Below, piece after piece: positions 23,851 to 36,799 of a stretch of 64,000 nt of DNA (the first letter of the stretch is position 1; every line of letters starts with the position of its first letter). This DNA is from Camelus ferus (lineage: Eukaryota), in NCBI RefSeq assembly GCF_009834535.1, contig NC_045704.1, positions 76,260,001-76,324,000 of the forward strand, read 5' to 3'. The translations under genes and the position numbers were made by a program. The notes under the pieces were generated by a model, which did no database searches, had not been told where the DNA came from, and saw nothing but the letters and a program-made list of their open reading frames with translations.

Positions 23851-25039
23851 TTTTTAATCTGGATTCTCAAATTCTTCTAAAGAGTGTATTACTTTGACAA
23901 AACCCCGAATCAGTGGATTTGATTTGCCTGATTCTTTCTAGCATTCTTGGAAAGCTTGTTCCATCAACAATATTATGTCTAAGAGCAGGATTGGGGTGAA
24001 AAATGGCTACCAAGTTGTTCATATATTTAAGGTCCTAATTCTTGCTCAGTCTCCACTTGGATTAACCCTTAGGGTTCGTTAATATAGTCTTATATATGAG
24101 TTAATCTATCAACTTTATCATAAAATACAAGTACAGTTCCTTCCATCAATACCATAGATGAATATAAAACTTCAAAGGAATCTTGGTCCCAAAGTTCAGC
24201 TATATAGAAAGTGTTTATATTTATAGGAAAGTAATTAGACTGCCCTGTGATGATGTGGGGCTGATGTGTTTCTGACCCTGTACACAGCCTGGAGGGGGAC
24301 TTTAGTCCCAGCAGAGAGGGGCCCTTACTTAAAGGGGCCTATTCTGACCCTCCTCCCACTTTCTCTCAGTAGCCAGAAACTCAGAATTCCCTACACAGGT
24401 GTCCTCTCCCCACTTTTAGGGTGTGAGTACCTCTTCTGGGGGTCCAGTTCCTGAAGGCAGGCAGCATCGTGAGTGCACGTCCTTGAGCACAAGAGTTAGT
24501 GAAGGATGAACATGTGTGGATAGACAGTGACTTGGACCTGGGAGTCTATGATGGGGAACTCACATGCGAGTGAAAGGAGGCTCCTTGCAGTGAAAATCAG
24601 AGCTCAGGGGTGGACAGAAGGAGCCAAGGGGTGGGAGCGAGATAGAGTCGGGCTGCCTCAGGGCCAGGGTCCAACATAGAACTCTTGGCAGTACAGAGAT
24701 GCTAAACCTATACCTGAGCTTCCAATGATTCTGAAAGCATTTGCATCAAAGCAGCAGGGTGGGACATATTTTACTTAATACTATCTTAGCTTCATGTATA
24801 ACTTATAAACATTTAGATACATGGCCTGTGGGCTTCCATTGTTACTATTGTCCTGGCCCCTGCCTGGTGGGTCTGCCTGAAGATGAGCATTGCATGGGGT
24901 GCCATGCAGAAATCACTCACTCAGGTACAGGCTGGGAGAAGGCATATGGGTTACAGTCCAGCCGTTCCTGTAGTTAATGCTCCACCTCACTTTCTCTCCA
25001 ACCTGTCTTCTTACTGAAAATGAGAAGGTTTGGATGGAC

Positions 25040-25250
25040 TGGGGCAGGTGTGAGGAAACCCTGAAGTCAGATCTTTTGTCCCGTCGTCTTCATGCTCCGC
25101 CATCAATAACCCAGTGTTACTGGGAGGTAAGGATCCCACATTCTGAGACGGGGTGCTCTTTGCTACATGGAAATGGGTTGTTGTACCTCATCTGTCGTTG
25201 ATGCTGAACAAATTACCATTTAACAGTTTCTCTGCTCGTAGGATTGCACA
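25040..25250 (+). mobile_element. MIR SINE (degenerate)
   Basis: gaagtcagatc...gctccgccatcaataacccagtgttactggg...tacatggaaatgggttgttgtacctcatc. Confidence 0.55.
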
Positions 25251-26678
25251 CAATACAGGGGAACTTTGAACTACACACTCTGTGTATTCGTTATGTGTGG
25301 GGGTCTATGTAATTATGATCTGGTGCAATTTAAAGCTTCAGCTTCAGAAATCTGAACTAGAATTTCCTACCCACTGTTTTTATTCCTAGTCTTCATCAAT
25401 AAGCATTAGAACAACCTAAGTAACTGAGTAAAACTCTAGGATTTGGGGGGGATTTAATTGGGTAGCCTTAATGATATATAGGAATGAAAAACAGAGCTAG
25501 AGAACACCCCTAGAATTTGGGTCCAGGTATCTGACTATGAACAGTTCTTTCATTACCTCAGGAAATCAGGACTAGATTCTGATCAATTTTCTTTTTAAGG
25601 AATATCAAATGTTCATTTGACACAAATATTTTGACAGTTCTGACCATTTCCATATAGAAGAATTTTTCACTTTGAACTATATTTTCACTTTTTAACACCA
25701 AAAGAAATTTTTCCCTTTAGTTACCTAAGACAGATGCCAATAAATTCCCAGTATAAACTGCACATAAACATAATACGATGTCAGAAAGAATTAAGGATAC
25801 CAACTGTCATATTTTGAATTTTCACCAACAGTCTTGGGAACATGGAGAATTTTTACTCTTTACAACACCTGGTAAGGTGTGATTCACATATTACCATCTT
25901 CATTTTGCATCTGAAAAATCAAATAACTAAGAAACAGACATATCCCCCTTATAAATCATGTTATTTCATTTAACTAGAAATGAGAAAATCACATCTGTGA
26001 AAAACTTATATTAATATTGAAAAATGCAGTTATTTGAGATCTATTATGGCAGAAAAATTCTGTCCCTAGTACATTTTTAGAGTAGGTCCTGAAACAATCC
26101 CCCAAGATTTATATGATTTTGGGGGTTATTGTTGAAATATATACAATTGAGCATTTAACAAATGCTGGAATTCCCCCCTCCCCCGCCTTCCCTCATCACC
26201 CAACAGCTCTTTTTAATTGATGACTGACTTAAAATGGAATAGTAACATTTAAAATTATGTGATGTTTTTATTAACCTGAAATGATAGCTGGTAAAATGGA
26301 CCATTATTCTGCAAGACCTAATTATGTTAACACTAAAGATTTAGCTAGGCTGGCTGGAGCAAACTGCAGAGAACTGGAAGTAAAAATAATATCATTTCTT
26401 AGCCTAGTCCCATTTTTTTTTTCAGAGGCATCACTTTTAACTATTATTTAATTAATGAACTATGAATTCTATGAGGGGGAAAAAAAAACGTGACTGGAAG
26501 AAAGAAAAAAATAATTACTACCCTTCCTACATCTGTCTGAATAGACACCGAAATTCCTGCGTGGCGAGAATGTGTCAAGTTATGTTAAAGACATAATGCA
26601 CCTGGTGTGTATCCTCCAGCCGCCCTGCCCTGCTGGTGCCGCATTACAGCTCTGCTCTTACCAGGGAGAGTCATTCTA

Positions 26679-26810
26679 NNNNNNNNNNNNNNNNNNNNNN
26701 NNNNNNNNNNNNNNNNNNNNNNNNNNNNNNNNNNNNNNNNNNNNNNNNNNNNNNNNNNNNNNNNNNNNNNNNNNNNNNNNNNNNNNNNNNNNNNNNNNNN
26801 NNNNNNNNNN
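26679..26810. other. Sequence gap (132 N)
   Basis: Run of N. Confidence 0.99.
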
Positions 26811-28629
26811 GGCTGCTCCTGTGAGGGAATGATTTTCCCTCTACCGGTGTGAAACGTGGCATTCTCCAAGGAAATAGCATTTTGCTGGTTACCGGCCGTG
26901 CCTACCCCACGAAGCCCTGAGTAATTGTTTTGGCTTTAGTGGTGTGTTAAACACCTAAAGGCAAGAGATTATGTCATCACTCTCTGTCTCTTTTTCTCTC
27001 CCTTTTATATATATATATAAAAGTAAAATTGTATATATATATATGCGTCCAAGTATAGGATGATGATGTTTGCAAGAATCCTTCAGTTAGCTGATGCCTA
27101 ATTATGAAGACTCCCAATTAAATATTTAGTTTATTAAATTAATAGTGTGACAAGTATCGGAGCAGCTTTACAACCGCTTAAACTCGTGTTTACATCCTGT
27201 GTAATTACAATTCATAACTGGGAAAGCAGTCAAAACTTTAATGCATTCTGACCGATGGTTCTCATTCTGCCAGATAGACCCAGCACAACACATTCCAGTA
27301 AGTGACTTAAAAATGGGACGTCTACATCTAGACTTGGGAAGGGCAGTGGAGGGATTCTAGCCATGGAGTGTTTCAAATTAGGTGTAAGATTTTCTGTATA
27401 CATTTTTTTTTTTTTTCTGGGCAGAGGATCCGTTAAACTCTCTCTCTTTTTAAAATTTAATTTATGAAAGGCCTGAAAGTGTAAGGATGACTGCACTAAA
27501 ACCTAAGGTTAAGATTTACCCGAACTGTGAAAGTTTTCTTTAAATGATAAATTGTTGATGGGGAATGAGTGAAAATAACACAAAGGTATTTTTGAAAGCA
27601 CGTCTTCCAGCAATCAGCTCTTTTTTCATTGTGTACCGACCTCATCTCTCCTCAGGGCATCTATATTCCCTTTTGTAGATAAGGTAATACATTTTATTAG
27701 TCGGTCATAGTCATTGTGGAAGCCGCATGACGTAAAAGTGAAAATAACCTAGGTCAGGAGTGTCGCATGAGTGACGGGTGATCGAAGCGTCTCGGCAGCT
27801 CTGGTGTGTTTCTCTTGGCAGCATGTAGGATCGCTGGACGTTCACTTCCCCTGCGTCCCTGGGTCAGCCTTCCTTTAGGCTTTGAAGGATACTGGTTCCA
27901 GTAAAGCTCTTGGGAGAATCTCTGTTTCTGAATAAGCACTTGCATTAATATGTTGATAATAAAAGCCTCATATCTTATCATCAGTTTCAATTAAGTGATA
28001 ACTAAACTCTGGCAATTGGATGTATATCATTTTTCATTCAATCTGACTGTGTATGTATTTCCATGTGAATTGTCGCTTTGATGCATGCAACATATTTTCA
28101 TTTACAGTCACATACCTGGGTTACTGAGTCAGTGAGAACAACCTGCAGGCACAGGCAGGTAGCAGTACGTTGATTTGACACTTGCCTATTAGAGGATGTT
28201 ACCACATAGATTTAAGTCCCTCCCATTAGTCAGATTCTGTCACCTGAAATATGAGCACATTCTGAAAAAGCCTGAAATAACGTGGGTTCTGAGGCTGTTC
28301 TCAGGGTTGTGAGAGGCACAACCACTCTGGCTTCTCTGTTACAGACATCTTGCTAGAAAGGGCTCAAACTGTTTCTTTTTCATATTTGTCCTAACATTTT
28401 AAAAAATAAAATGTGTGTGACACTGGAACACACTTGGACTGAATGGCACAAACTCCCTTTCCTTCCAGCTGGTTTGTTTCATTTTTGTGGCTATTCTAGG
28501 CTGCAGGCATCAGGTCAGGAGCAAAGGTCTTCCTGACTGTATGGTTCCCTAGGTTGTGGGAGCTATTCTCACTGCTCGGGGCCCTAATTTACATCCCTAC
28601 CCTGTCCTCTGCACCTGTGCCAGCCAAAT

Positions 28630-28944
28630 TGGGAGCGACTCGTGACCTGTGGCTTTTGAGCGCTTGACTGTGGTTAGTCCACAGTGACATGTCCTATGAA
28701 TGTAAGATACTCACTGGATTTCAAAGAGTACAAAACAAACAGGAAAAGAATGTGAATTCTCTCTTTAATCGTTTTCATATTGACTACATGTTGGAATGAT
28801 AATATTTTGGACAGACTGTGTTAAATAAAATATATTATTAGAATTGACTTGAACTGCTGCTTTTTGCTTTTCTAATGTGGCTGCCGGACATATTTTAGTT
28901 ACGTATTTGGCTCACATGTGTTGTATTTCTATTGGACAGCACTG
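28630..28944 (-). mobile_element. MER33 (hAT-Charlie DNA transposon)
   Basis: tactcactggatttcaaaga...catattgactacatgttggaatgataatattttgga...ttaaataaaatatattatt...tttctattggacagcactg matches reversed MER33 including the terminal repeat. Confidence 0.85.
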
Positions 28945-28949
28945 CTCTA

Positions 28950-29065
28950 GCCACTGAAGTTTCCCATCTATCAAACGGGGCAAGTAGTAGTCACGCTCCA
29001 GAGTTCATGTGAAAGTCAAAGTGAACTAATGAACATGAGTTTACTTGGCAAATTGTAAAGTGTAG
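28950..29065 (+). mobile_element. MIR SINE core
   Basis: gtttcccatctatcaaacggggcaagtagtagtc...ttacttggcaaattgtaaagtg. Confidence 0.65.
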
Positions 29066-29624
29066 GAAGAGTCTGAGGTGCTGATGAGAATGATGGTGAC
29101 AGTCACGATGATGACAGTCATGATGATATTTTCAAGCTCCACCTTTCCAGGCTTCTCTGGAAATGTTCAACCAGAGGTCTTGCCGAAACTTCCTCTAAAA
29201 GTGCTCCCGAGTGAGGCATGCAAGGCTTTTAAAGTTTGAATGAGGCACGTGACCTGAACAGGAGGCTTATGTTTGTAACAGTGTCAACAAGGAGCATGCT
29301 AATGGCAGCAAAAATTAATAGTAATCTTTGCCGAAAGCCTTGAGCCAGGAGCTGTGTTAAGTGTTTTTTACCATCTTTATTCTGAATAATGCACCGCGTT
29401 TCTGTTAGGGCAGCTTATGAGCCTTTTGCTCTCTCATATTTTCTGCGCCCTTAATTGCTTCTGGTAAGTTCTTTATGTAGATAATGAATGGAAGATGGCA
29501 AGATGTGACTTAGCAACAGCAACTCAGGGGACAAAGGCAGAATGTGAGTCGACCATGTGTGCATAAATTTGCACAGCAGAGTTCTAGCGTCATAGCATGA
29601 AAGGCGGTAGGATTTCTACGCAGT

Positions 29625-30097
29625 CACTCTTCCTCTCTGTGTTTCACACTACTGCTCTTTGCAGATATTTTGCAAATGGAAGGTTTGTGGCAACACTGAG
29701 CTGAGCAAGTCCATCAATGCCATTTTGCCAACAGCATTTGCTCACGTCCTGTCTCGGTTGCATCTTGGTAATTCTTGCAATATTTGGGGGNNNNNNNNNN
29801 NNNNNNNNNNNNNNNNNNNNNNNNNNNNNNNNNNNNNNNNNNNNNNNNNNNNNNNNNNNNNNNNNNNNNNNNNNNNNNNNNNNNNNNNNNNNNNNNNNNN
29901 NNNNNNNNNNNNNNNNNNNNNNNNNNNNNNNNNNNNNNNNNNNNNNNNNNNNNNNNNNNNNNNNNNNNNNNNNNNNNNNNNNNNNNNNNNNNNNNNNNNN
30001 NNNNNNNGGAAACCAGAAACTTCAGTGTGACGCTTTATTGCAATAGTCACTTTATTGCCATGGTCTGGAACCAAACCTGCAACGTTCCCGAGATAGT
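29625..30097 (+). mobile_element. Internally deleted Tigger1-type (TcMar) DNA transposon, interrupted by an N gap
   Basis: Left end gcagatattttgcaaatggaaggtttgtggcaac...agcaagtccatcaatgccattttgccaacagcat and right end gtgacgctttattgcaatagtcactttattgccatggtctggaaccaaacctgcaa match the Tigger1 termini. Confidence 0.85.
29791..30007. other. Sequence gap (217 N) inside a Tigger1-type element
   Basis: Run of N. Confidence 0.99.
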
Positions 30098-30552
30098 ACG
30101 CTTTGTAGTTAGGGTCAAATGTTGAGCCTCTAATTAATTTAACTTCTGTCTGTGTAAAGGATGGTTTTCATGGGATAACACTCTTGTTACCTCACTGCTC
30201 CATTCAACAGCCTCTCAAGATAAACTGCTTACTCCACAGTCTTGAGATCAAAACTCATCTTCACGTTGTCCTCAGCACATCTCTCCAGTCCTTGATGCCT
30301 GAAAATGCCCTGCACATTATCATCTTCCTGACTTATTTAGGTCTACCTGGAATGCCTTTCAACATTCTTCACCCATAAAAAAATCCTACCCCAAGTCAAG
30401 TTCTACCTCTCCCAGAAGCCTTGTCAGATCATCTCCACTACTTCTAGACGTGCTTACTTACGTGACTCACCACTGAGTTCTTGCCACGTGTGATCTACAC
30501 TGTGATTTAGTAGTTATCGCCCCTGCTGCATTATCATTGTTAACACTAACAT

Positions 30553-30576
30553 CACACACACACACACACACACACA
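30553..30576. repeat. (CA)12 microsatellite
   Basis: Perfect run. Confidence 0.95.
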
Positions 30577-31052
30577 GGATCTTGCATACAATCTCTACAT
30601 TCATTCACAAATATTTATTGAGCACCTATTATGTGCCAGGCACTGATCTAGATGATTGAATCAGTAGGGTCTAATACAAATTTGAGTCTGTGTGCCTCTT
30701 ATTATATCTTATTATATATAAATATTACATATATCTTATATATCTTATTATATATAAATAGTGCAATTTAAATAAATAACTGTATTAAATAATATAAATA
30801 AAAACTTAAATAAATTGAATTCCTGAAGGGAAAATGTGTATACATTAAAGATTTGCAGATTGAATCTCATTTTAAATACATTAGGGGTGTATTCCTAATT
30901 AAACCCTGTGGTGTGTGCTTCTTAAAGGTCCTTTATAAGATCATTGATGTATCCCAGTTTACTTTTTCTAATTTCAGATTTTGATATAGATCGTTTTTCT
31001 TAAAATAGAAACATCTGTATTCCTCAATCTCTGCCATACTTTGTGCTTACAT

Positions 31053-31236
31053 CTGTCATTCTCAGACTTGAGCATGCCCCGGAATCACCTGGAAAGGTCT
31101 AGGAAGACAGTGGGCTAGAGCCAACCCTCGAGTTCTGGCTCCGTAGGTCTGAGGTAGAGCCCAAGGGTTGGATTTGTACAAGTTCCCAGGTAAGGCTGAG
31201 GCTGCTGGCCGAGACATCACCCTGTGAGAACCATTG
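31053..31236 (+). mobile_element. MER5A (hAT-Charlie)
   Basis: ttctcagacttgagcatgccccggaatcacctgg...gtaggtctgaggtagagccc...acaagttcccaggtaaggctgaggctgctgg...tgagaaccattg. Confidence 0.85.
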
Positions 31237-33169
31237 CTTTAAGCTAATTAAAAACTTCACTGCATTTTCCTGAGAAACTCACGGAGCTTAACCTAACTCC
31301 CCTCCCTTGAGATCCAGTGACCTAACTTTAAAATGAACATCCTGATTTTTCACCCTGCAGGCCTGTGCTGAGAATTAAATGAGGTAATGTACACGAAACC
31401 GTCTAATCTGAGGTTCACATTCAGGAAATGTGACTTGAAACCACACGCTTTCAACTTAGCCATAAAATAAGGCAGAGGCATTTATTTTACTAGATTCCCC
31501 AACTCGAGCAATTCAAGCTATCTATTAGAAGTTCTGGTCTCTCTATTCAACTGATTTCACCCACAAAATGATAAAATAATAGGCTCCCACAGTTGACAAA
31601 AACGTTAGAGATTCTCTGGAGCAAGCAGTTAAATGTTTTGGACCAGGTAAATTGTCAAACCCTTTTTGTTTACTTTCTTGATTCAGTAAAGCAATCAAAA
31701 CAATTGAACTGGTTGCCTGTATCATTCCTCAACTTGAATATTTAGTTTTTCCTAAATTGAATTATTTGACCAAAGCAAGCTACATCCAGGCTAACATGAA
31801 AAAAAAAAAGGAAATGAGATTCTCGTTTCTCTTGTCAGCTTGTAGCTGTGCAGCTTCCACACAGACGCTCTGCCCTGGGAGATCACGCTGAATTAAAGCC
31901 CCGCTCCTTCTGACTCCGGCTTGCCCGCTAACTCACCGTGTGGCCTCACTCTGTGATGTTTCTCTACCCACTACACGGGCTCAGAGGGTTGTTAATGCAG
32001 GGAATCAATGATCAAAAATTAATTTTAAAGCCTATGTTAAGAGCGCATTAACGTGAACAGTGCAGCTTGCCTACAAGAGAGCCTGAGCAGCCCAGCAAGA
32101 TGCTCCAAAGGGTTTGAGGACAAAATTCTCAGATAGAACATACCTTGAGAATAATGATGCGTGTCACTAATAACCCAGGGCTAAGTGATCAGCCTAAATT
32201 GGAGGCTTTGCAGAGGAATACACAGCCTTTATAATTTCCAGTTTGGTGTAATAATATGGAAATGGCTTTTGATGCTGGGACTGGATCAGCCTAAATGAGC
32301 TGGAATTGATAGCTGCCTGTAATACCAGGGGCAGGAGAGAGTGATCACGTCTGTGTCCTTGCTGACTTATCTAGGGCTCTCCAGACGTGACAGTTTTAAG
32401 GAGTGAGACTTTAAATGTGTTATGGAGACGCACTGCAATATCCTGCAGCACAGAGCGAGGTACCTTTAAAATTGCCTCAACAAGAATACAGAATGCGGAG
32501 TCTCCTTTCCAGGAAGGGAAGAAGGGCTTTTGTTCCCATGAAAAGTAGAAGATGATAATTTTTTTAAAAAATATGATGGAGGTGTTCTGAGGGCACAGAG
32601 AATTAGCTCTTCCTCCAGGAGCCCCCCAAGCCCAGGCCATTCTGTCCCCTGGAAGCGATAGCATTCTGGAAGGCAGACACCTGGACCCTTTCCAGGGAAC
32701 AAGATAATGGACACCTGAGGGCAAGACAGTTAATAAGCTCATGATTAAAATGTTAAACTGGCAAAATTCAAAGCCTGTGGTCAATGACATAGGAAACAAA
32801 GAGCTGCTTTAGTTTCTGTGTTATAGATAGCATCCCCAGCATTACGTAACAGCCTCACTAAGAAGTCATCACGGCACGAACAAATCATTGTGGAACAGTG
32901 GCGAGTTTAGATTAGCCCGAGTGGAATCAGGCTTGACGAGGTCTTTGCAAGGCATATACGACTCCCTACTATCTGACTGCTTCGGCCGCATCTTCTTGCC
33001 AGCCTGTGCTCCATCTTAGTCCTGGTGGTGGCACTTCCCTGGAGACACCAGACCCTGATGTCCCATGTGCCTTTGTGTCTGTCTCCCCTTCCACCTGAAA
33101 TGTGCTTCTCCGTTGTGTCTGTCTAGTGAGCTCATCCCGTAAGACCCCGTGGAGCTGCCTTCTATTTGA

Positions 33170-33845
33170 TGTCCCAGTGCAGTTGTTTGCTGTGTCTCAG
33201 ACCACCCCAAAACTTACTGGAATAAAACAAGACTGGCGAGGGCAGCTTGTCCCTCCTCCACAATGTCTGGCATCGCAGTTGAGAGGGACTCAAGTGATGG
33301 AGGACTGTCAGCTGGTCCGGCATGTTTTGGCAGTGGCCGAGGGCTGAGTTCGGCTGGGCTCATCCACCAGAGCACCTACAACACGGCGCCTCTGGCATGA
33401 CAGCCATAGGGTGGTCAGGTGTCTTATGTACAGCTTGGTATTCTAGCAAACAATGTGGAAGCCACATGCCTTTCAAGACTGGGATTTCAAAATGTAGAAC
33501 AGACAAACAAGGTTGTACTGTGTAGCACAGGGAAATATATACAGGAACTTGTGGTGCTCACAGCGAAAGAGAATGTGACAATGAATGTATGTATGTTCAT
33601 GTATAACTGAAAAACTGTGCTCTACACTGGAATTTGACACAACGTTGTAAAATGACTATAACTCAATAAAAAAAAGTTTTTTTACAAAAAAAAAAAAAAA
33701 AAAGACTGAGCTTCAGAACACATATAGTGTTACTTTTGTCACATTCTACCACTCAGCGGTCACAAGCTAGCCCAGACTCAGGAGGAGGGGACACAGGCTT
33801 TGCCCTTCATTGAGAGAAATGTCAAAGAATTGGGGACCGCGTTTC
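33170..33845 (-). mobile_element. MLT1 (MaLR) LTR interrupted by an L1 3' end
   Basis: ttgctgtgtctcagaccaccccaaaacttactggaataaaacaa... resumes after the L1 as cacattctacc...gtcacaagctagcccagactcaggaggagggga...aaagaatt. Confidence 0.7.
33482..33701 (+). mobile_element. 5'-truncated L1 3' UTR with poly(A) tail
   Basis: acaaggttgtactgtgtagcacagggaaatatatac...gtataactgaaaa...tgtaaaatgactataactcAATAAA followed by an A-tail; aagactg duplicated at 33475-33481 and 33702-33708. Confidence 0.85.
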
Positions 33846-34359
33846 CTCTCTGACCCAGACAGGGTGGCGCGTTCTCCTTTGCTCCACCCCCACACACAGC
33901 GTAGCTTGGGATCTCTACCAGCACCTGTTTCTGGCTGTGCTGTGTGGCTGTTTAGTCCCCTGGCTTCCAACTAGACCCTGATCGCCATTCGATTTGCAAG
34001 CCTGGCAAAGCTCACATCAGATATTGGACAAAAGGTGCTTAATGAGCACTTCTCAAATGGGGAGTCTGTTGTAAGTCTGGATTCCAAACAGAAACTCCTC
34101 CACCAAAGGGTATGTAACTCCTGCCCCAAGGGCAGCCCCACATGCTGTGTGGAAGAGCAGTGCTTGTGAGCAGAGGGCGTGGTGGCCGGGAGAATGTAGA
34201 CATGGAATTCTCAGTGAGCCAGACTGTCCGAGGCCACCGCCCACAACATTTCCAGGGCGAGTAATCGGAGACAAATGCCAGTAGTGATCAGCACCGGCCA
34301 GGGCTGTCAAAGGCACAGTCTGGCGTCCTCCTCTGCCACTGCCATCTCAGCCTTCCCCT

Positions 34360-35090
34360 GGAATCCAGCCTCCTGGGTCTAATGGCCTGTGGGACATTTA
34401 CCTGGATGTCTAATAGAGGTGCTCAACCAACATGTCTAAAAGACCAAACTCTCGTGTCAGCAAGCCCTTCCAGCTCCGCCTTCAGCCCTGTCTGGCCTTG
34501 TCTGCTGCAGCAGTGTCCTGACTGCCTTCCTTTCTTCCAGCCTCACCCCTCTTCAAATCTCCCCTCAGCAGTGACTCTTTAAATAAGGAAATATGGTCAT
34601 GTTCCTCCTCTGCTCAAACCCACCAGTGGTGCCTCCTCCACCCGTAGATCAAAGTCCAAAGGGATTGCTCAGGCCCCACGTGGATAGCCCTCAGCTACCT
34701 CTCCGCCCTCATTTCCCACCACAGCGCCGCTCACTGGCCCCGCTTCAGGCGCACTCTGCCCTCCCCTCAAGCACACTCCGCCTCCAACCGCTCTACTTGC
34801 TGCTTCCTCTTCCTGGAATCTTCTTTCCTAGATGTTCTTCCTACTCCATTCAGGACTTGGCTCAAATGTCTCCTCTTCCTCACCAGTCACCTTCTATTCC
34901 TACTGTTTCTCCATTCTGCTCTATTTGACTTCCGACCACTTATCACCACCGGCATGATACTGTTCCTTTGTTTATTGTCTGTCTCCTTCCACTAAAATAT
35001 CGGCTGTGTTTACTGCCATGTTCCGAGCATCCAGGACAGCGTCTGGCTTTGTAGAGGGCACTAAACAAATATTTGTGGAATTAATGAAGA
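34360..35090 (+). mobile_element. L2 LINE 3' portion
   Basis: acctggatgtctaatag...caacatgtctaaaa...tggtcatgttcctcctctgctcaaaccc...ttggctcaaatgtc...gcactaaacaaatatttgtggaattaatgaa. Confidence 0.85.
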
Positions 35091-36799
35091 AATTGACGAA
35101 CGTTCCTGGAAGACGTGGATCGCAGTGCTCTTGCCTGCAGAAGCCAGGCGAGGCCTTGGGACCTGTCTGATCTGTGTTCCGTGTAACCTCTAACAGTCTG
35201 AAAGTATCTTGGTCCAAGAAATGAAAAATGATATGCCATCCCTGCGCTAAACTTGGGGTGCTTTTGGTTTTGTCTGTTTTCTTTCTTTTAGAAGAGCTGT
35301 TTTGTCTCCTTATTCCCAGGACCTAACAGGTGTCTGGAACTAATAGGTACTTGAAAGGTGTTTGCTGAACTCATGTTCAGTAGACTAGAAATACGCTAGA
35401 TGCTTTTGTGACTCACCACATGTAAACATTAGCCAGTGAGATGGAAGCCCCGATTGCATTTTGCAAATACTTCACTGATACCAAAAATGTATCAGGCGTA
35501 GTGCCTCATGCACAGCGTCCCTCCAGCGTCTCCTCCATGGCTTCTCTGCGGGTTTGGAAGGAAGGGGAAGGTGCTCCTCCACTGACCGATGGCTCCAGAG
35601 AAAAGTGCGACTAAATCCTGTCACCTTCGTCAGCACAGCCCCTCTCCTGGCACGGACTGGTGATGGGGCTGGCCACCCTGTGCTGGTACCTCTCCCCAAA
35701 CTGCAGGGAGACAGATAAGAAATTGTGCTGTCTTTATCCTGTGCTTTATGTATGTACAACTTTTAAGGAAGTGAATGCTTGAGTTTGTGACAAAAGCCCT
35801 TCATTTACATGCGACATTAAGTGTCAGTTAACGCTCGGTCAGGTGGCACGATCGTTTGGTCCCAAGACTGTGCTTTCTGCGTTACTTTGTGCCAGAGTGG
35901 CTCTCGTGATAGGTGCTAAGCAAATACAAAGTGCGACGGGGAATGCTGCTTTGTGTTTGTAAAACTTCTTTCAGCCCAGGCTTTCCAAGCAGGATACACA
36001 CATTAAAGGAAACGATTATCCCCACTTTACACAAAGAGGAGAAACGTTTGATTTCTTTAGTAATAGCCTCTTAGAACAGTTTCCAAAGGTAATTACATTG
36101 GTTGGATATGCCAACTTGTGCGATGAAATTATCAGCACATTACATGAAACCAGTAAGAGGAAATAATACTTCACAGAGCATATCAAGTACAAGAGGAGCT
36201 TCCCCTGCGTCCTGACTCCCTCTGTCACCGGGGGTAAGACACCAGCATTGCTGTAATGAGGGAACGGATGCATCCTTTTGGGCCATGGTTGAATGTTCTA
36301 ACAATCATTTGAATGCACATGAGATAGGAGGTCCCCTGGGAGTAAGCAGAAGGCTGCCCCCTGCCCCTCAGACATTCCCTCTCTGAGCGAGACAATGAAC
36401 AGGTGAACTCTGACTGAGGACCTGCTATGCCCCTGGCCTTGTGCTAGGTGCGTTCACGTGCCTGATCTCCTCCCATCTGCATCACAGTTCATTTTGTGGC
36501 TTAACACCAGGAGCTTGGTCTTGGACTCCAGGCTTGGTGTTCTTTCCACTACCCAGACCTGCAATGCCCAGGCCAGGCCAGGGCTCACCACCTTCGTCCA
36601 GCAACTCCCAATTCCGCATTTCTTCAGCAGCCCCAGGGAGGCAGAAAGCCAGCCCTCCAGGATTGCACAAAGCACACCTGAGTCACTGAAGGGCTAAACC
36701 CATAGAAACGGGCAGAGGGTTAGACATGATAGGAGCCTCCTCACTGTCTCAGCCTTCCGGTACCCACCCAGATTCCAGCGTCTTTCCTTGACTCGCAGA

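Noticed and set aside
27003-27044. 20-bp palindrome TTTT(AT)6AAAA and adjacent (TA)n
   Set aside because: Self-complementarity is trivial for (AT)n microsatellites.
29098-29127. 15-bp tandem duplication gacagtca(c/t)gatgat
   Set aside because: Simple duplication in a (GAT)-rich MIR tail; no tail or TSD structure.
30690-30830. AT-rich tract with repeated tcttattatatataaata
   Set aside because: Low-complexity slippage; not a spaced repeat array.
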